A DNA stretch of 64,000 nucleotides from an uncultured Candidatus Rokubacteria bacterium (GCA_963708025.1 CAVPSB010000012.1:160001-224000), one strand, 5' to 3'. Positions 1 to 10,745 are shown, counted from the stretch's first letter. Made by a program: numbers and translations. Notes: a model not told the origin generated them from the letters alone.

Positions 1-141
1 GCCAGCGCCACCGCCCTGGCCCGGGCCGAGGCCGGGCTGCCCGTGGCGCGCCTGGTGGAGACCGGGCTCGGCCAGGCCACCGCCGAGGAGTTCACCTTTC
101 CGTCCGGGTCGGCGCCGGCGTGGCCCGAGGTCGTGGGTTAG
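1..141 (+). CDS. 3' end of an upstream CDS (partial, unknown product)
   Basis: Frame 1 is open from base 1 (ASATALARAEAGLPVARLVETGLG...PEVVG) to TAG at 139-141, with GC3-rich codons. Confidence 0.55.
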   Translation, partial: ASATALARAEAGLPVARLVETGLGQATAEEFTFPSGSAPAWPEVVG

Positions 142-172
142 CTGCTCCCGGCCCGACTGAGGGCGGCCTGCC

Positions 173-1519
173 ATGTCAGACCTGTCGAAGGTGCTCGTGG
201 TGGAGGACGACGAGCGGATCCGCTCGCTCTTCGAGGATGCCCTCTCCGTCCTCGGCTACCAGGTCACCACCGCCAGCACGGGCGGCCGGGCCATCGAGCT
301 GATCCAGGGCCAGCTCTTCGACACCATCATCTGCGACATCCGGATGCCGGAGATGGACGGGTTGGAGATCCTGCGCGAAATCAAGCGGCACGACCCCTCG
401 GTGGAGGTCGTGATGGTGACCGGCTATCCCACCGTCAACACCGCCGTGGAGGCGCTGAAGCTCGGCGCCTACGACTACCTGGCGAAGCCGGTCCGGCTCG
501 ACGAGCTGCAGCACCTGATGGCGCGCCTGACCGAGCGCCGCCTCCTCCGGCGCGAGGTCAGCTCGCTGCGCACCCGGCTCGGCGAGCAGCTCCCGCTCAA
601 GGAGCTGATCGGCGCCTCGCCCCAGATGGTCCGCGTCAAAGAGGTGGTCGCCAAGATGGCGACGACCGACTCCCCGGTCCTCATCGAGGGCGAGAGCGGC
701 ACCGGCAAGGACCTGGTGGCGGCCGCCATTCACCGGCTGTCGAACCGCAGCAAGCGGCCGTTCATCCCGGTGAACTGCGGGGCGGTGCCCCCGGATCTCC
801 TGGAGTCCGAGTTCTTCGGCCACATCCGCGGTGCCTTCTCGGGGGCGGTGGCCGACAACCTCGGCCTCTTTCGCTCGGCGGACGGCGGGACGATCTTCCT
901 CGACGAGGTCGCCGAGCTGCCGCCCCCCCTCCAGGTGAAGCTGCTCCGCGTCCTGGAGGAGAAGGAGATCCGCCCCGTCGGCTCGGCCCGCAGCTACACC
1001 GTGGACGTCCGCGTCGTCGCCGCCACCAATCGGCTGCTGGAGCAGGCGGTCAAGGACGGGACCCTCCGGACCGATCTCTTCTACCGCCTCGACGTCGTCC
1101 GGATCGTGATGCCGCCGCTCCGCGAGCGCAAGGGTGACATCCCGGCGCTGGTAAGCTACTTCCTGCGCCAGCTCAACCAGCGCTTCGCCCGGGACGTGCG
1201 CGGCCTCGCCCCGGAGGCGACGGCGGCGCTCGTGGCGTACCACTATCCCGGCAACGTGCGGGAGCTGGAGAATCTGCTGGAGCGCGCTTACGCGCTCGGG
1301 TCCCGGGAACAGATCACGCTCGCCGATCTGCCGGCGCTGTCGGCCGGCACGCCGACCGTGACGCCGCTGGCCGACCTGCCGCGCCTCGCCGACGCCGAGC
1401 GCGAGCTGATCCTCCGCGCGCTCCGGCAGTACGACAACGACAAGGACCGCGCTGCCCGGGCCCTCGGCATCTCCCGCCGCACGCTCTACCGCCGCCTGAA
1501 GTCCTACGGCTTGCTCTAG
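173..1519 (+). CDS. Sigma-54-dependent response regulator (NtrC/AtoC family; receiver-AAA+-HTH)
   Basis: Receiver (VVEDD...ICDIRMP...KP), Walker A GESGTGKD, GAFSGA loop, Walker B IFLDEV, PGNVRELEN and a Fis-type HTH (AARALGISRRTLYRRL). Confidence 0.95.
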   Translation: MSDLSKVLVVEDDERIRSLFEDALSVLGYQVTTASTGGRAIELIQGQLFDTIICDIRMPEMDGLEILREIKRHDPSVEVVMVTGYPTVNTAVEALKLGAYDYLAKPVRLDELQHLMARLTERRLLRREVSSLRTRLGEQLPLKELIGASPQMVRVKEVVAKMATTDSPVLIEGESGTGKDLVAAAIHRLSNRSKRPFIPVNCGAVPPDLLESEFFGHIRGAFSGAVADNLGLFRSADGGTIFLDEVAELPPPLQVKLLRVLEEKEIRPVGSARSYTVDVRVVAATNRLLEQAVKDGTLRTDLFYRLDVVRIVMPPLRERKGDIPALVSYFLRQLNQRFARDVRGLAPEATAALVAYHYPGNVRELENLLERAYALGSREQITLADLPALSAGTPTVTPLADLPRLADAERELILRALRQYDNDKDRAARALGISRRTLYRRLKSYGLL

Positions 1520-1567
1520 CCTCGCGGTCCGGCTCGGCTGACGGTCCGCGCGAGCGCAGGGGGAGGC

Positions 1568-1775
1568 GTGTCAGCGTGACACCACGACGGAGCCGGTCCG
1601 TCACGACGCTCCACGATTCGCGCGCGCCTCGACCCTCGGTCACCGTCGTCTAGCCTGGGCCGGCGGAGGGGCTCGCCTGATCGAAAGGCGGCGCCCCGCC
1701 GAACCCTTCCAAGCAGGCCTACTACGAGGAAAAGTCGCGTGCCAGCCTGACATGTCACGGGTGCCATTCCGGCAC
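1568..1775. promoter_or_regulatory. Three palindromic putative upstream activator sites, GTGYCA-N3-YGRCAY
   Basis: GTGTCAgcgTGACAC (1568-1582), GTGCCAgccTGACAT (1739-1753) and GTGCCAttcCGGCAC (1761-1775). The last two are 22 bp apart and lie upstream of a sigma-54 site. Confidence 0.6.
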
Positions 1776-1837
1776 CAGGAGCCCCTCGGTCGGAGCTGGT
1801 CCCGCCAGTGTTTTCGTGGCTTTCCTCTCATCGCCCG

Positions 1838-1854
1838 CTGGCACCCGGGATGCA
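1838..1854 (+). promoter_or_regulatory. Sigma-54 (-24/-12) promoter
   Basis: CTGGCACCCGGGATGCA: GG at 1840-41 and GC at 1852-53 with exact N10 spacing, ~70 bp before the ATG at 1926. Confidence 0.8.
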
Positions 1855-1925
1855 CTCCCGCATCCGCGTCCCGCCCGTTTTCAGCTGCGTAGGTCCGTCT
1901 CGGATCGGAGGGGGGTTCAGGCGAG

Positions 1926-2288
1926 ATGGCCAAGGTGATGGTCGTGGACGACGCCTTCGCGGACCTCAAGCTCATGGAGTCCATCCTCGCCGGCGCCGGC
2001 CACGAGGTCGTCTCCTACGCCGACGGGGTCCGCCTCGAGGAGCGACTCTTGGCCGACCAGCCGGACGTGGTCCTGCTCGACATCGTCATGCCGAACCGGA
2101 ACGGCTACGACATCCTGCGATCGCTCAAGCGGGATGAGCGGACCCGCCACACCCCGGTGGTCCTGGTGACCTCGAAGAACCAGGAGAGCGACCGGATCTG
2201 GGGGAAGCGGCAGGGCGCCGACGAGTACGTGACGAAGCCGTTCACGCCGGAGCAGCTGCTGACGGTGGTCCGGCGCTTCGTCAAGTAG
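1926..2288 (+). CDS. Single-domain response regulator, PilH/CheY-like
   Basis: VVDD, LLDIVMP, VTSKNQESDRIWGKRQGADEYVTKPF; the SD..WG..QGA signature is typical of PilH. Confidence 0.92.
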   Translation: MAKVMVVDDAFADLKLMESILAGAGHEVVSYADGVRLEERLLADQPDVVLLDIVMPNRNGYDILRSLKRDERTRHTPVVLVTSKNQESDRIWGKRQGADEYVTKPFTPEQLLTVVRRFVK

Positions 2289-2328
2289 CACGGGCGGGCG
2301 GCGGGGCACCGACGGGAGGGATCGCGGC

Positions 2329-3927
2329 ATGGCGGGGATCAGCATCGCGGACGACCGGCACGCGGTGACGCTGCACGAGCGGGCGACGACGCTCTACGAG
2401 ACCGAGGAGTGGGTCGGCGTCGAGGACTGGCTGACCGTGCTCTCGGGTTTCCTGATGATCGTCCTCTCGCTGTACGTCTTCTTCGTCGGGGCGCCGGTCG
2501 CGATGCCGACCTTCCGCTGGGCGACCGACGGCGAGTTCGCCGGCACCGTCGCCGCGAACGGACCGGCCCTCGAGAAGCTGATCCAGACCGCCGGGATCCG
2601 GGGGGAGACGCCGGTCCTCTCGGCAGCCCAGGGCCTGCAGGCGGCCATCGCGGCCGGGGACCGGGCGGCCATCGGGGCAGCCGCGAAGAAGCTCGGCGAC
2701 GCGGCCCGGACGGCGCGGGATGCCGGGGCCGTGAAGGCGGGGTCCGACATCGCCCGGAAGATCGCCGGCGCCGCTTCGGCCGTGGTCGGCGACGTCTTCT
2801 CCGCCACCAATCTCTGGCGCGCCGCCCAGGTGGGCATCGTGTACCTGGTGGTCTGCGCGCTGGCCGTCGGCCTGATCGGCGGCCACGTCGGCAAGTACCT
2901 ACTGGGCTTTCCGATCGTGTACGCGCTCGCCTGCCTGGCGCGGGTCATCGCTGGCAACACGACCGTGAACTACTGGGGGATCGAGTACGTCGTCTTCGCC
3001 CTGCTGCTGGGCCTGTTCGTGAGCAACGTGATCGGGGTGCCCGCCTGGCTACTGGAGGCCGTCAAGACCGAGTACTACATCCGGGCCGGGCTGGTCATTC
3101 TCGGCGCGACCATCTTGTTCTCCGAGATTCTCGAGGCCGGAGCATTCGGGATTCTCCAGGCGCTCCTGGTCGTGACGGTCGTCTGGTATGTCTGCTTCTG
3201 GCTGTGTCGGCGGCTGAAGGTTGACGACGGGTTCTCCGCCATGCTGGCCACCGCGGTCTCCATCTGCGGCGTGTCGGCGGCCATCGCCGCCTACGGCGCG
3301 GTCCGCGGTGACCGCAAGAAGCTCTCCTACGTCACCTCCCTGGTCCTCATGGTCGCGGTCCCGATGATGATCCTCCAGCCCTGGATCGCCAAGCTCGTCG
3401 GGATGCCCGATCTGGTCGCCGGAGCGTGGCTCGGCGGCACCCTGGACACCAGCGCCTCGGTGGTCGCTGCCGGCGAGCTCATCAGCCCCCAGGCGATGAA
3501 GATCGGGACCATCGTCAAGCTGTCCCAGAACGTCCTGATCGGGGTCGTGGCCTTTCTGCTGGCCTTCTGGTGGGTCTTCCGCCAGGGCGAGCAGACGGGG
3601 GAGCGGCCGAGCCCGGCGTTGATTTGGAACCGGTTCCCCAAGTTCGTCCTCGGCTTCATAGTCGCCTCGGCGGCGTTCTCCTTCCTTCTCGAGCCCGAGG
3701 TCGTCACCGCGACGAAGGATCTGCTCTCCAACATGCGGACCTTCTGGTTCGCCCTGGCCTTCACCTGTGTCGGCCTGGAGACGCGCTTCACCGACCTGGT
3801 CCGGCTGGAGGGGGGTCGGCCCGCCCTGGCCTTCCTCGGCGCCCAGGCGGTGAACATCGTCTGGGCATTGATCCTGGCCTACCTGCTCTTCGGCGGGATC
3901 CTCTTCGCCCCGCGGGTGATCGGGTGA
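2329..3927 (+). CDS. YeiH/UPF0324 (putative sulfate exporter) family membrane protein
   Basis: Multi-TM protein with EYYIRAGLVILG, SICGVSAAIA, GAWLGGTLDT, KLSQNVLIG and FPKFVLGF motifs. Confidence 0.85.
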   Translation: MAGISIADDRHAVTLHERATTLYETEEWVGVEDWLTVLSGFLMIVLSLYVFFVGAPVAMPTFRWATDGEFAGTVAANGPALEKLIQTAGIRGETPVLSAAQGLQAAIAAGDRAAIGAAAKKLGDAARTARDAGAVKAGSDIARKIAGAASAVVGDVFSATNLWRAAQVGIVYLVVCALAVGLIGGHVGKYLLGFPIVYALACLARVIAGNTTVNYWGIEYVVFALLLGLFVSNVIGVPAWLLEAVKTEYYIRAGLVILGATILFSEILEAGAFGILQALLVVTVVWYVCFWLCRRLKVDDGFSAMLATAVSICGVSAAIAAYGAVRGDRKKLSYVTSLVLMVAVPMMILQPWIAKLVGMPDLVAGAWLGGTLDTSASVVAAGELISPQAMKIGTIVKLSQNVLIGVVAFLLAFWWVFRQGEQTGERPSPALIWNRFPKFVLGFIVASAAFSFLLEPEVVTATKDLLSNMRTFWFALAFTCVGLETRFTDLVRLEGGRPALAFLGAQAVNIVWALILAYLLFGGILFAPRVIG

Positions 3928-3934
3928 GGCGGGT

Positions 3935-4405
3935 ATGACCACCGAGGTCCTCGAGCGCGCGGGAACTGGAGCCGTCCGGGCCTGTCTGTTCGGGCTGGGC
4001 GGGGAGCGCTTCGCCATCGAGATCCAGCGCGCCCGCGAGGTGGTGGTCGTCGAGGAGCTCACGACCGTTCCCCGGGCGCCGGCCTACCTGGTCGGGGTGG
4101 CGAACCTGCGCGGGTACATCCTGCCGATCCTGGACGTCCGCCCGCTCCTCGGACTCGCCTCCCACCCGGTCGGCCGCGGGAGCCGGGCCCTCGTCGTGGA
4201 TCCGGGATCGGGCCAGGTTGGCCTCGCCATCGACGGGATCCTCGGCCTGGAGTCCTTCGACGGGGTCGCCCCGCTGGGCGAGGCGGCCCGGCGGGCGTAC
4301 GGCGAGCTCGGCGTGGGGATGGTGCGGTACGAGGGCGGCCCGATCACCCTGCTCGACGTCGGCCGGGTGCTGGACGCGCTGAAGCGCGGTGGTGAGGGGA
4401 GGTGA
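3935..4405 (+). CDS. cheW: Chemotaxis coupling protein CheW
   Basis: LTTVPRAPAYLVGVANLRGYILPILD, GLAID and LLDV motifs. Confidence 0.93.
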   Translation: MTTEVLERAGTGAVRACLFGLGGERFAIEIQRAREVVVVEELTTVPRAPAYLVGVANLRGYILPILDVRPLLGLASHPVGRGSRALVVDPGSGQVGLAIDGILGLESFDGVAPLGEAARRAYGELGVGMVRYEGGPITLLDVGRVLDALKRGGEGR

Positions 4406-4407
4406 TC

Positions 4408-5760
4408 ATGGAGCGACGACGCTTCCTCCACGTGCTGTCCGGCGGCATCGGCGCCGGACTCGTGGCGGGGAGCCGGGCGGCCCGGGCTCAGGATGCCGCA
4501 GCGCCGGCCGCGCCGCCGGCGGGCGCCGCGCCCAGGACGCCCGGGACGCCCGGGACGCCCGGGACGGAGGTTCCCGTCGCCAGCGCGCCCGGCGTGACCG
4601 CCAAGGGCATCAAGATCGGGATGAGCGCCGCCTTCAAGGGCACCCAGGCGGGACTCGGCACGGAGTTCTACCGGGGCGCGCAGGCCTACTTCACCGAGGT
4701 CAACGCCCGCGGCGGCGTCCACGGCCGCGTGATCTCGGTGGAGACGCTCGACGACAACTACGAGCCGGTGCCCTGCATCAAGAACACGATCCAGCTCATC
4801 GAGCAGGAGAAAGTCTTCTTCCTGGCCAACTTCGTCGGGACGCCCACTCTGACGCGGGCCCTTCCGGTGATGAAGCGGTACGGCGACGTGATCCTGGTCG
4901 GGAACTTCACGGGCGCCCAGCCGCAGCGCGAGGCCCCCTACGTGGAGCACGTCTTCAACATCCGGGCCTCGTACCGGCAGGAGATGGCGGCGTTGGTCGA
5001 GCAGTTCTGGCAGCAGGGGGCGCGCCGGTTCGGCGTCTACTACCAGGCCGACGCCTACGGCCGGAGCGGGACCGACGGCGTCGCCCGCGGTCTCGCGAAC
5101 CGGGGAGCGCGGATCGTGGCCGAGGCGACGTACCGGAGGGGGGCCGCGTTCGAGGAGAGCATGGCCGTCGCGGCCCGAGCGCTCCGCGAGTCGGGGGTGG
5201 ACGTCGTGCTGTGCACCGGCGCCTACCAGGGCTGCGCGGCCTTCGTCCGCGACGTCCGCGACCTCGGCTGGAACGTCCCGATCTCGAACGTCTCGTTCGT
5301 GGGGTCGGACGCGATGCTGGGGCTCCTCGTCCGGTACGGCCGGACCACCGGCCGCGACTACACCCGGGCGCTCGTCAACTCCCAGGTCGTGCCGAGCTAC
5401 GACGACGCGAGCCTGCCTGGTGTCGTCGAGTATCGGGGCCTCATGGAGCGGCACAACCCGGCGATCCCCGATTCGGTCCGGGACGCCAGCTACGCGCCCC
5501 AGAAGTACAGCTTCATCAGCCTGGAGGGGTTCATCAACGCCAAGGTGATCGTCGAGAGCCTCCGCCGGGCCGGAGTGAACCCGACCCGGGCGGGATTCCG
5601 TCAGGCCCTGGAGTCGCTCAGGGGCTTCGACCTGGGGATCGGCGCCCCGCTGACCTTCGGGCCCGAGCGGCACCAGGGACTGGACAACGTCTACTTCACC
5701 CGCGTGCACAACGAGCGGTGGGTTCCGGTCGCCGACTGGACCGCCGCGGTAAGGGCCTGA
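4408..5760 (+). CDS. Tat-exported LivK/PBP1-type periplasmic substrate-binding protein
   Basis: MERRRFL twin-arginine signal, Pro/Ala linker, then IKIGMSAAFKG, VNARGGVHGR, LDDNYEP and NIRASYRQE. Confidence 0.88.
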   Translation: MERRRFLHVLSGGIGAGLVAGSRAARAQDAAAPAAPPAGAAPRTPGTPGTPGTEVPVASAPGVTAKGIKIGMSAAFKGTQAGLGTEFYRGAQAYFTEVNARGGVHGRVISVETLDDNYEPVPCIKNTIQLIEQEKVFFLANFVGTPTLTRALPVMKRYGDVILVGNFTGAQPQREAPYVEHVFNIRASYRQEMAALVEQFWQQGARRFGVYYQADAYGRSGTDGVARGLANRGARIVAEATYRRGAAFEESMAVAARALRESGVDVVLCTGAYQGCAAFVRDVRDLGWNVPISNVSFVGSDAMLGLLVRYGRTTGRDYTRALVNSQVVPSYDDASLPGVVEYRGLMERHNPAIPDSVRDASYAPQKYSFISLEGFINAKVIVESLRRAGVNPTRAGFRQALESLRGFDLGIGAPLTFGPERHQGLDNVYFTRVHNERWVPVADWTAAVRA

Positions 5761-5763
5761 GCC

Positions 5764-7725
5764 ATGCCGACATCGAGCGTCGTCACGCTTCCGCGTCCGT
5801 CCCAGCCGGCGCCGGTCTCCGACGAGCGGCCGGCGATCTGGAAGTCCGGCGGGACCGCCGGGGCCTCCGGGGCGAACGGAGACGTCCTCCCCCGGATGGA
5901 CACGCCGACGGTCACCACACGCCTCCGGCTGGCCGGCGAGCTGCCGATGCGCTCGGGAATCCGGCTGGGCCTGCCCCTCAAGATCAGCCTCTTCCTGGCC
6001 ATCATCATGATCCCGCTGGCGTTCATGACGTGGCACATGTCCGTTCAGACCCTGCGCTCGCAGCTGACGGAGGAGTTCACGTCCAAGGGCACGGCGATCG
6101 CGAGCAGCCTGGCCAGCTCGGGCGCCGAGATGATCCTGACCCGCGACGCCTCCACGGTCCAGTCGCTGGTCGACCAGTTCGCCGCCATCAGCGGCGTCGC
6201 CTACGTCATGGTGTACGACCCGCAGAAGACGATGATCGCCCACACCTTCATGCCCCTCATTCCGTCCGGCATCATCGAGCGGAACCTCGTCCCCGGTGAC
6301 GCGACCAAGCCGCGGGTGCAGGAGATCCAGTATTCCGACCCGGCCACCGGCCAGACACGGGACATCATCGACATCGGGGTCCCCGTGCTGGGCGGCCAGG
6401 TCGGCACCGTGCGGGTCGGCATGAACAGGGGAATCATCAGCGCCGCCGCCGCCCGCTCCGGCAAGAACCTGCTGATGGTGTTCGGCGGCTTCGCGGTGGT
6501 CGTGGTCCTGGCCGGCGTCATCTTCGCCCAGCGCATCACCCGGCCGGTGGCGCTGCTGGTGCGGGCCTCGGAGCGGGTCGGCCGGGGCGACCTGTCCCGG
6601 GTGGTCCCGGTGACCAGCGGCGACGAGATCGGTCAGCTCGCCGAGACCTTCAACCAGACGATCGTCCGGCTGCGCGGGCAGGTGCAGACGGAGGCGGAGC
6701 GCGACGAGGAGAAGCGGAAGCGCGAGGAGCTGCAGCGCCACATCACCACGTTCCTCGACGCGGTCACGGAGATCGCCCAGGGCGACCTCACCCGTCGCGG
6801 GGAGGTGACCTCCGACGTCCTCGGCAACGTCGTCGACGCGATCAACGTCATGGTGGCCGAGATCGGCACGGTCATCGGCGACGTCCGGCAGGCCGCCGTC
6901 CGGGTCTCCCGGAGCTCGCACCAGATGATCGCCTCGGCCGGGCAGATGGCCACCGGGGCCCAGGCCCAGACCCGGGAGGCCATGACGGTCGCCAAGGTGG
7001 TCGACGAGCTGACCCGCTCGGTCCGGCAGGTCGCCGAGATCGCCGAGGCCTCGGCCCGGGCTGCCCGGCAGGCGCTGGACGCCGCCCAGAAGGGGGACCA
7101 GGCGGTCAAGAACAGCCTGGACGGGATGCAGCGGATCCGGGGCGAGGTGCAGACGATCTCCAAGAAGATCAAGGGCCTCGGCGATCGCTCGCTGGAGATC
7201 TCCGAGATCGTCAACACGATCGAGGAGATCGCGTCGCAGACCAACCTCCTGGCGCTGAACGCCGCCATCGAGGCGGCGGGGGCCGGTGAGGCGGGTCTCC
7301 GGTTCGCGGTGGTGGCCGACGAGGTGCGGAAGCTGGCCGAGCGCTCGGCCCGGGCCACCAAGGACATCGCGGCTCTCATCAAGAGCGTCCAGGCCGAGAC
7401 CCACGAGGCGATCGTCGTCATGGAGCAGGGAACCCACGAGGTGGAGGCCGGGCACCGGGTCACGGTGCAGGCCGGCGAGAGCCTCAAGGACATCGCCCAG
7501 ATCGCCCAGAAGTCCGCCGAGCTGGCCCATGACATCTCGCTGGCGACCCAGCAGCAGGTGCGCGGGGCGGAGGGGGTGGCCACGGCGGTGCAGTCGATCG
7601 CCGGCGTCGCCGTGCAGACCGAGCAGGGCGTCCTCCAGACCCGCAAGACGGTCGACGAGCTGGCCCGGCTGGCCGAGGAGCTGACCTCCAACCTGGCCCG
7701 GTTCAAGCTGGCCGTGAGCGCGTGA
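5764..7725 (+). CDS. Methyl-accepting chemotaxis protein (PilJ-like; TM-periplasmic-TM-HAMP-signalling)
   Basis: Two TM helices, HAMP (GDEIGQLAETFN) and the hairpin IASQTNLLALNAAIEAAGAGEAGLRFAVVADEVRKLAERS. The start could be a later ATG (5896 or 5947). Confidence 0.95.
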   Translation: MPTSSVVTLPRPSQPAPVSDERPAIWKSGGTAGASGANGDVLPRMDTPTVTTRLRLAGELPMRSGIRLGLPLKISLFLAIIMIPLAFMTWHMSVQTLRSQLTEEFTSKGTAIASSLASSGAEMILTRDASTVQSLVDQFAAISGVAYVMVYDPQKTMIAHTFMPLIPSGIIERNLVPGDATKPRVQEIQYSDPATGQTRDIIDIGVPVLGGQVGTVRVGMNRGIISAAAARSGKNLLMVFGGFAVVVVLAGVIFAQRITRPVALLVRASERVGRGDLSRVVPVTSGDEIGQLAETFNQTIVRLRGQVQTEAERDEEKRKREELQRHITTFLDAVTEIAQGDLTRRGEVTSDVLGNVVDAINVMVAEIGTVIGDVRQAAVRVSRSSHQMIASAGQMATGAQAQTREAMTVAKVVDELTRSVRQVAEIAEASARAARQALDAAQKGDQAVKNSLDGMQRIRGEVQTISKKIKGLGDRSLEISEIVNTIEEIASQTNLLALNAAIEAAGAGEAGLRFAVVADEVRKLAERSARATKDIAALIKSVQAETHEAIVVMEQGTHEVEAGHRVTVQAGESLKDIAQIAQKSAELAHDISLATQQQVRGAEGVATAVQSIAGVAVQTEQGVLQTRKTVDELARLAEELTSNLARFKLAVSA

Positions 7726-7748
7726 CGGCGGCCTGATCGAGCCCGGTC

Positions 7749-10674
7749 ATGTCCGATCACGATCGCGAGTTCCTCCTGAGCATCTTCCTCATGGAGGCCT
7801 GGGACACCCTGGCCACCCTCGAGGACGGCCTCGGCCGGCTGCGCGGGCCCGAGGTCTCTACCGTCGTGGTCGAGCCGCTGCTCGTGGTGAGTCATCGGCT
7901 GAAGGGCGCGGCGGCGCTGAACGGGTTTCCGGAGCTGGCCGGCGTGACCGAGACGCTCGAGCAGATCCTCGAGCGGGCGCCGGCGCTCCCGATCGGCGCG
8001 CGGGGAGCGGCGGCCGACTTCCTCGCCGACCTGCTGGCACTGCTGAAAAAGATGCTGGATGGCATCGGCGCGACCGGGCAGGAGGACGCCGAGGCGGTGG
8101 CGGCGTTCCGCGCCGGCCACGCGGGCTTCCTCCTCACCCCGGCCCCCGCGCCGGCACGGGCGGGCTCGAGTCACGGGACGTCCGGCGGGCCGCGCGGGGA
8201 GGTGGAGCGCTTCTTTGCCGAGAACCCGGACGTCCTCGTCTACTTCCGCCCCGAAGCCTCCGAGCACCTGGAGACCATGACCCAGGCACTGCTCGCCCTG
8301 GAGAAGGGCGGACGGAACGACGAGCAGCTCGGGAGCCTGTTCCGCGCGGTCCACACGCTCAAGGGAGCGGCGTACACGATCGGCTGCACGGTGGTCGGCG
8401 ATCTGGTCCACCGGATCGAGGACCTCATGGTCGCGATCCGGGAAGACCGGATGCCGCTGACCCCCTCCGTGATCGAGACCGTCCTGGTCGGAACCGACGC
8501 GCTCCGGCTCCTGCTCGGCCTGGCCGAGGCGCCGGCCGCCGAGGTCGACGCGCTGGTCGAGGCGGCCGTGACGCAGGTCGGACGTCTCATGCCGGCCAGC
8601 GACGCCGGGGCGGGCGTGGCCCCGGCGATCGCCGTGGAGGCTTCGGCCGGGGAGGCGCCCCCGGTCGAAGCGCCCGCCCCGGTCGAGGCGCGGATCCCGG
8701 CCGAGGCGACTGTGTCGCCGCGCCGGGCGGCCATCGTGGGGCCGGCCATCCGGGTGAGTCTCGACCGGCTCGATTCCCTGATGAACCTGGTCGGCGAGCT
8801 GGTGATCGCCCGGAGCCGGCTGGACCGGAGGCTCTCGGAGCTGGATCGAGCCGGGGAGCTCCTGCTCTTCAGCCAGGAGCGCATGGCGAAGGCCGTCAGG
8901 GACTTCGAGGTGAAGCGGGAGGCGGGAGGGTGGACGCCGCAGCCGGTCACCGGGCGCGACGGCACCGGCCCGTCCCCGGCGGGCGCGACGGCTGAGGGCC
9001 GCCCGGACGCCCAGCCTCGCACGCCGCTGACCCAGATCTTCGAGGAGCTGGAGTTCGACCGGTACGACGACTTCGACATCCTCGCCCGCAGCGTGGCCGA
9101 GCTGTCGGCGGACCTCACCGAGGTCCAGACGCAGGTCGGCGGCCTGATCCGGACCATCTGGGAGGACACGGCGCAGATCCAGCGGTTGACGGGGCACCTG
9201 AAGACCGAGGTCACGAGGGCCCGCATGGTGCCGGTGGCCCGGCTGTTCGCGCGATTCGGGCGGCAGGTGCGGGAAGCGGCCCGGGCTGCCGGCAAGACGG
9301 TCGAGTTGGAGGTCAGCGGCGAGACCGTCGAGATGGACAGCAGCATCACCGAGGCGATCGCCGACCCGCTCCTCCACCTCGTGCAGAACGCGATCACCCA
9401 CGGCATCGAGCCGGAGGACGAGCGGCAGGCCCGCGGGAAGCCGGGGCCGGGGACCATCCGCCTGCGCGCGGCCCACCGCGGCGGCTTCGTCAACATCGAG
9501 GTCGAGGACGACGGCCGGGGGATCGACGTCGAGCTGGTGAAGGCGGCGGCGGTGCGCCAGGGCTTCCTCTCGAGCGAGGCTGTCGCCGGCCTGTCTTCCC
9601 ACGAGGCGCTCGACCTGATCTTCCTCCCGGGCTTCAGCACCGCACCGGTCGTGACCACCGCATCCGGCCGCGGGGTCGGCATGGATGTCGTCCGGACCAA
9701 CGTCAGCCGGCTGGGTGGGGAGATCGCCGTCGAGACCGAGCCGGGCGTGGGCACCTGCTTCACGCTCCGGCTCCCCCTGACGGTCCTGATCTCGGACGCC
9801 CTCATGATTCGCACCGGAACCGAGACCCTGGCCATTCCCGTCAGCGCGGTGCGGATGATCCTGAACGTCCGTCCGAGGGCAATCCAGTCGGGAGATGGGA
9901 CCGAGCGGGTGCGGGTGGACGACCGGATGGTGGACCTGCTCCGGCTCGATCGACTCCTCGGGCTGGCCCCCGGGGCGACCCGGGAGCGGATCCCGGTGGT
10001 CGTCCTCCGATCGGGCGGCACCTCGCTGGCGGTGGCGGTCGACGAGCTGGGCGGGAAGGAGGAGGTCGTCGATCAAGAGCCTCGGGACGTTCCTCCAGGG
10101 GGGCACCCCCTTCACGGGCGCGACCATCTCCGGGGAAGGCCGCGTGATCCTCCTGCTCGATCCAGCCCGTCTGGTCGCGCTGGCCGAGGGCCTCTCCCGG
10201 GCGCCGGTGGCCGGGAGCCACCCGCGGGCGGCCGAGCCCGAGCCCGGCCAGCCGGCTCCGGCGGCAGAGGCCGCTCGTCGCGTCCTCCTGGTGGACGACT
10301 CGATCAGCGTGCGCCGGTTCGTCGGCCACATGCTGGAGCGGGCCGGCTTCCACGTCATCACGGCCAACGACGGGGCCGAGGCGCTCCGGCACCTGAACGA
10401 CGCGTCGGTCCACGCCGTGATCACGGACCTCGAGATGCCCCGGGTCAACGGCTACGAGCTGATCGAGGATCTCCGGCGCCGGCCGGCCACCCGGGACGTG
10501 CCCGTCGTCGTGCTCACGACGCGCGCCGGCGAGAAGCACCTGAACCTTGCCCGCCGGCTGGGCGTCAAGCACTACGTCTCCAAGCCAGTGGACGAGCACG
10601 CCTTCGTCCAGCTGATCGCATCGCTCACGGCGCCCGATCGAGTCGAGGGGGAGCTGGCGGGAGCGGTGCGGTGA
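7749..10674 (+). CDS. cheA: CheA/ChpA-type hybrid kinase (2 Hpt, dimerisation, HATPase, CheW, C-terminal receiver); one frameshift near 10071
   Basis: SHRLKGAA and VHTLKGAA Hpt motifs; LDSLMNLVGELVI; HLVQNAITHGIE; SGRGVGMDVV. Removing one base at gtcgtc(g)atc gives EEVVIKSLG and joins the receiver (LLVDDSISVR...DLEMP...KP), ending at 10674. Confidence 0.9.
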
Positions 10675-10745
10675 GCGGGCGGTGCGGTGGCGATCGTGGA
10701 GAGTTCGCAACAACCCTGGCGTTCCAGGGAATGTAGGAGGCGACT

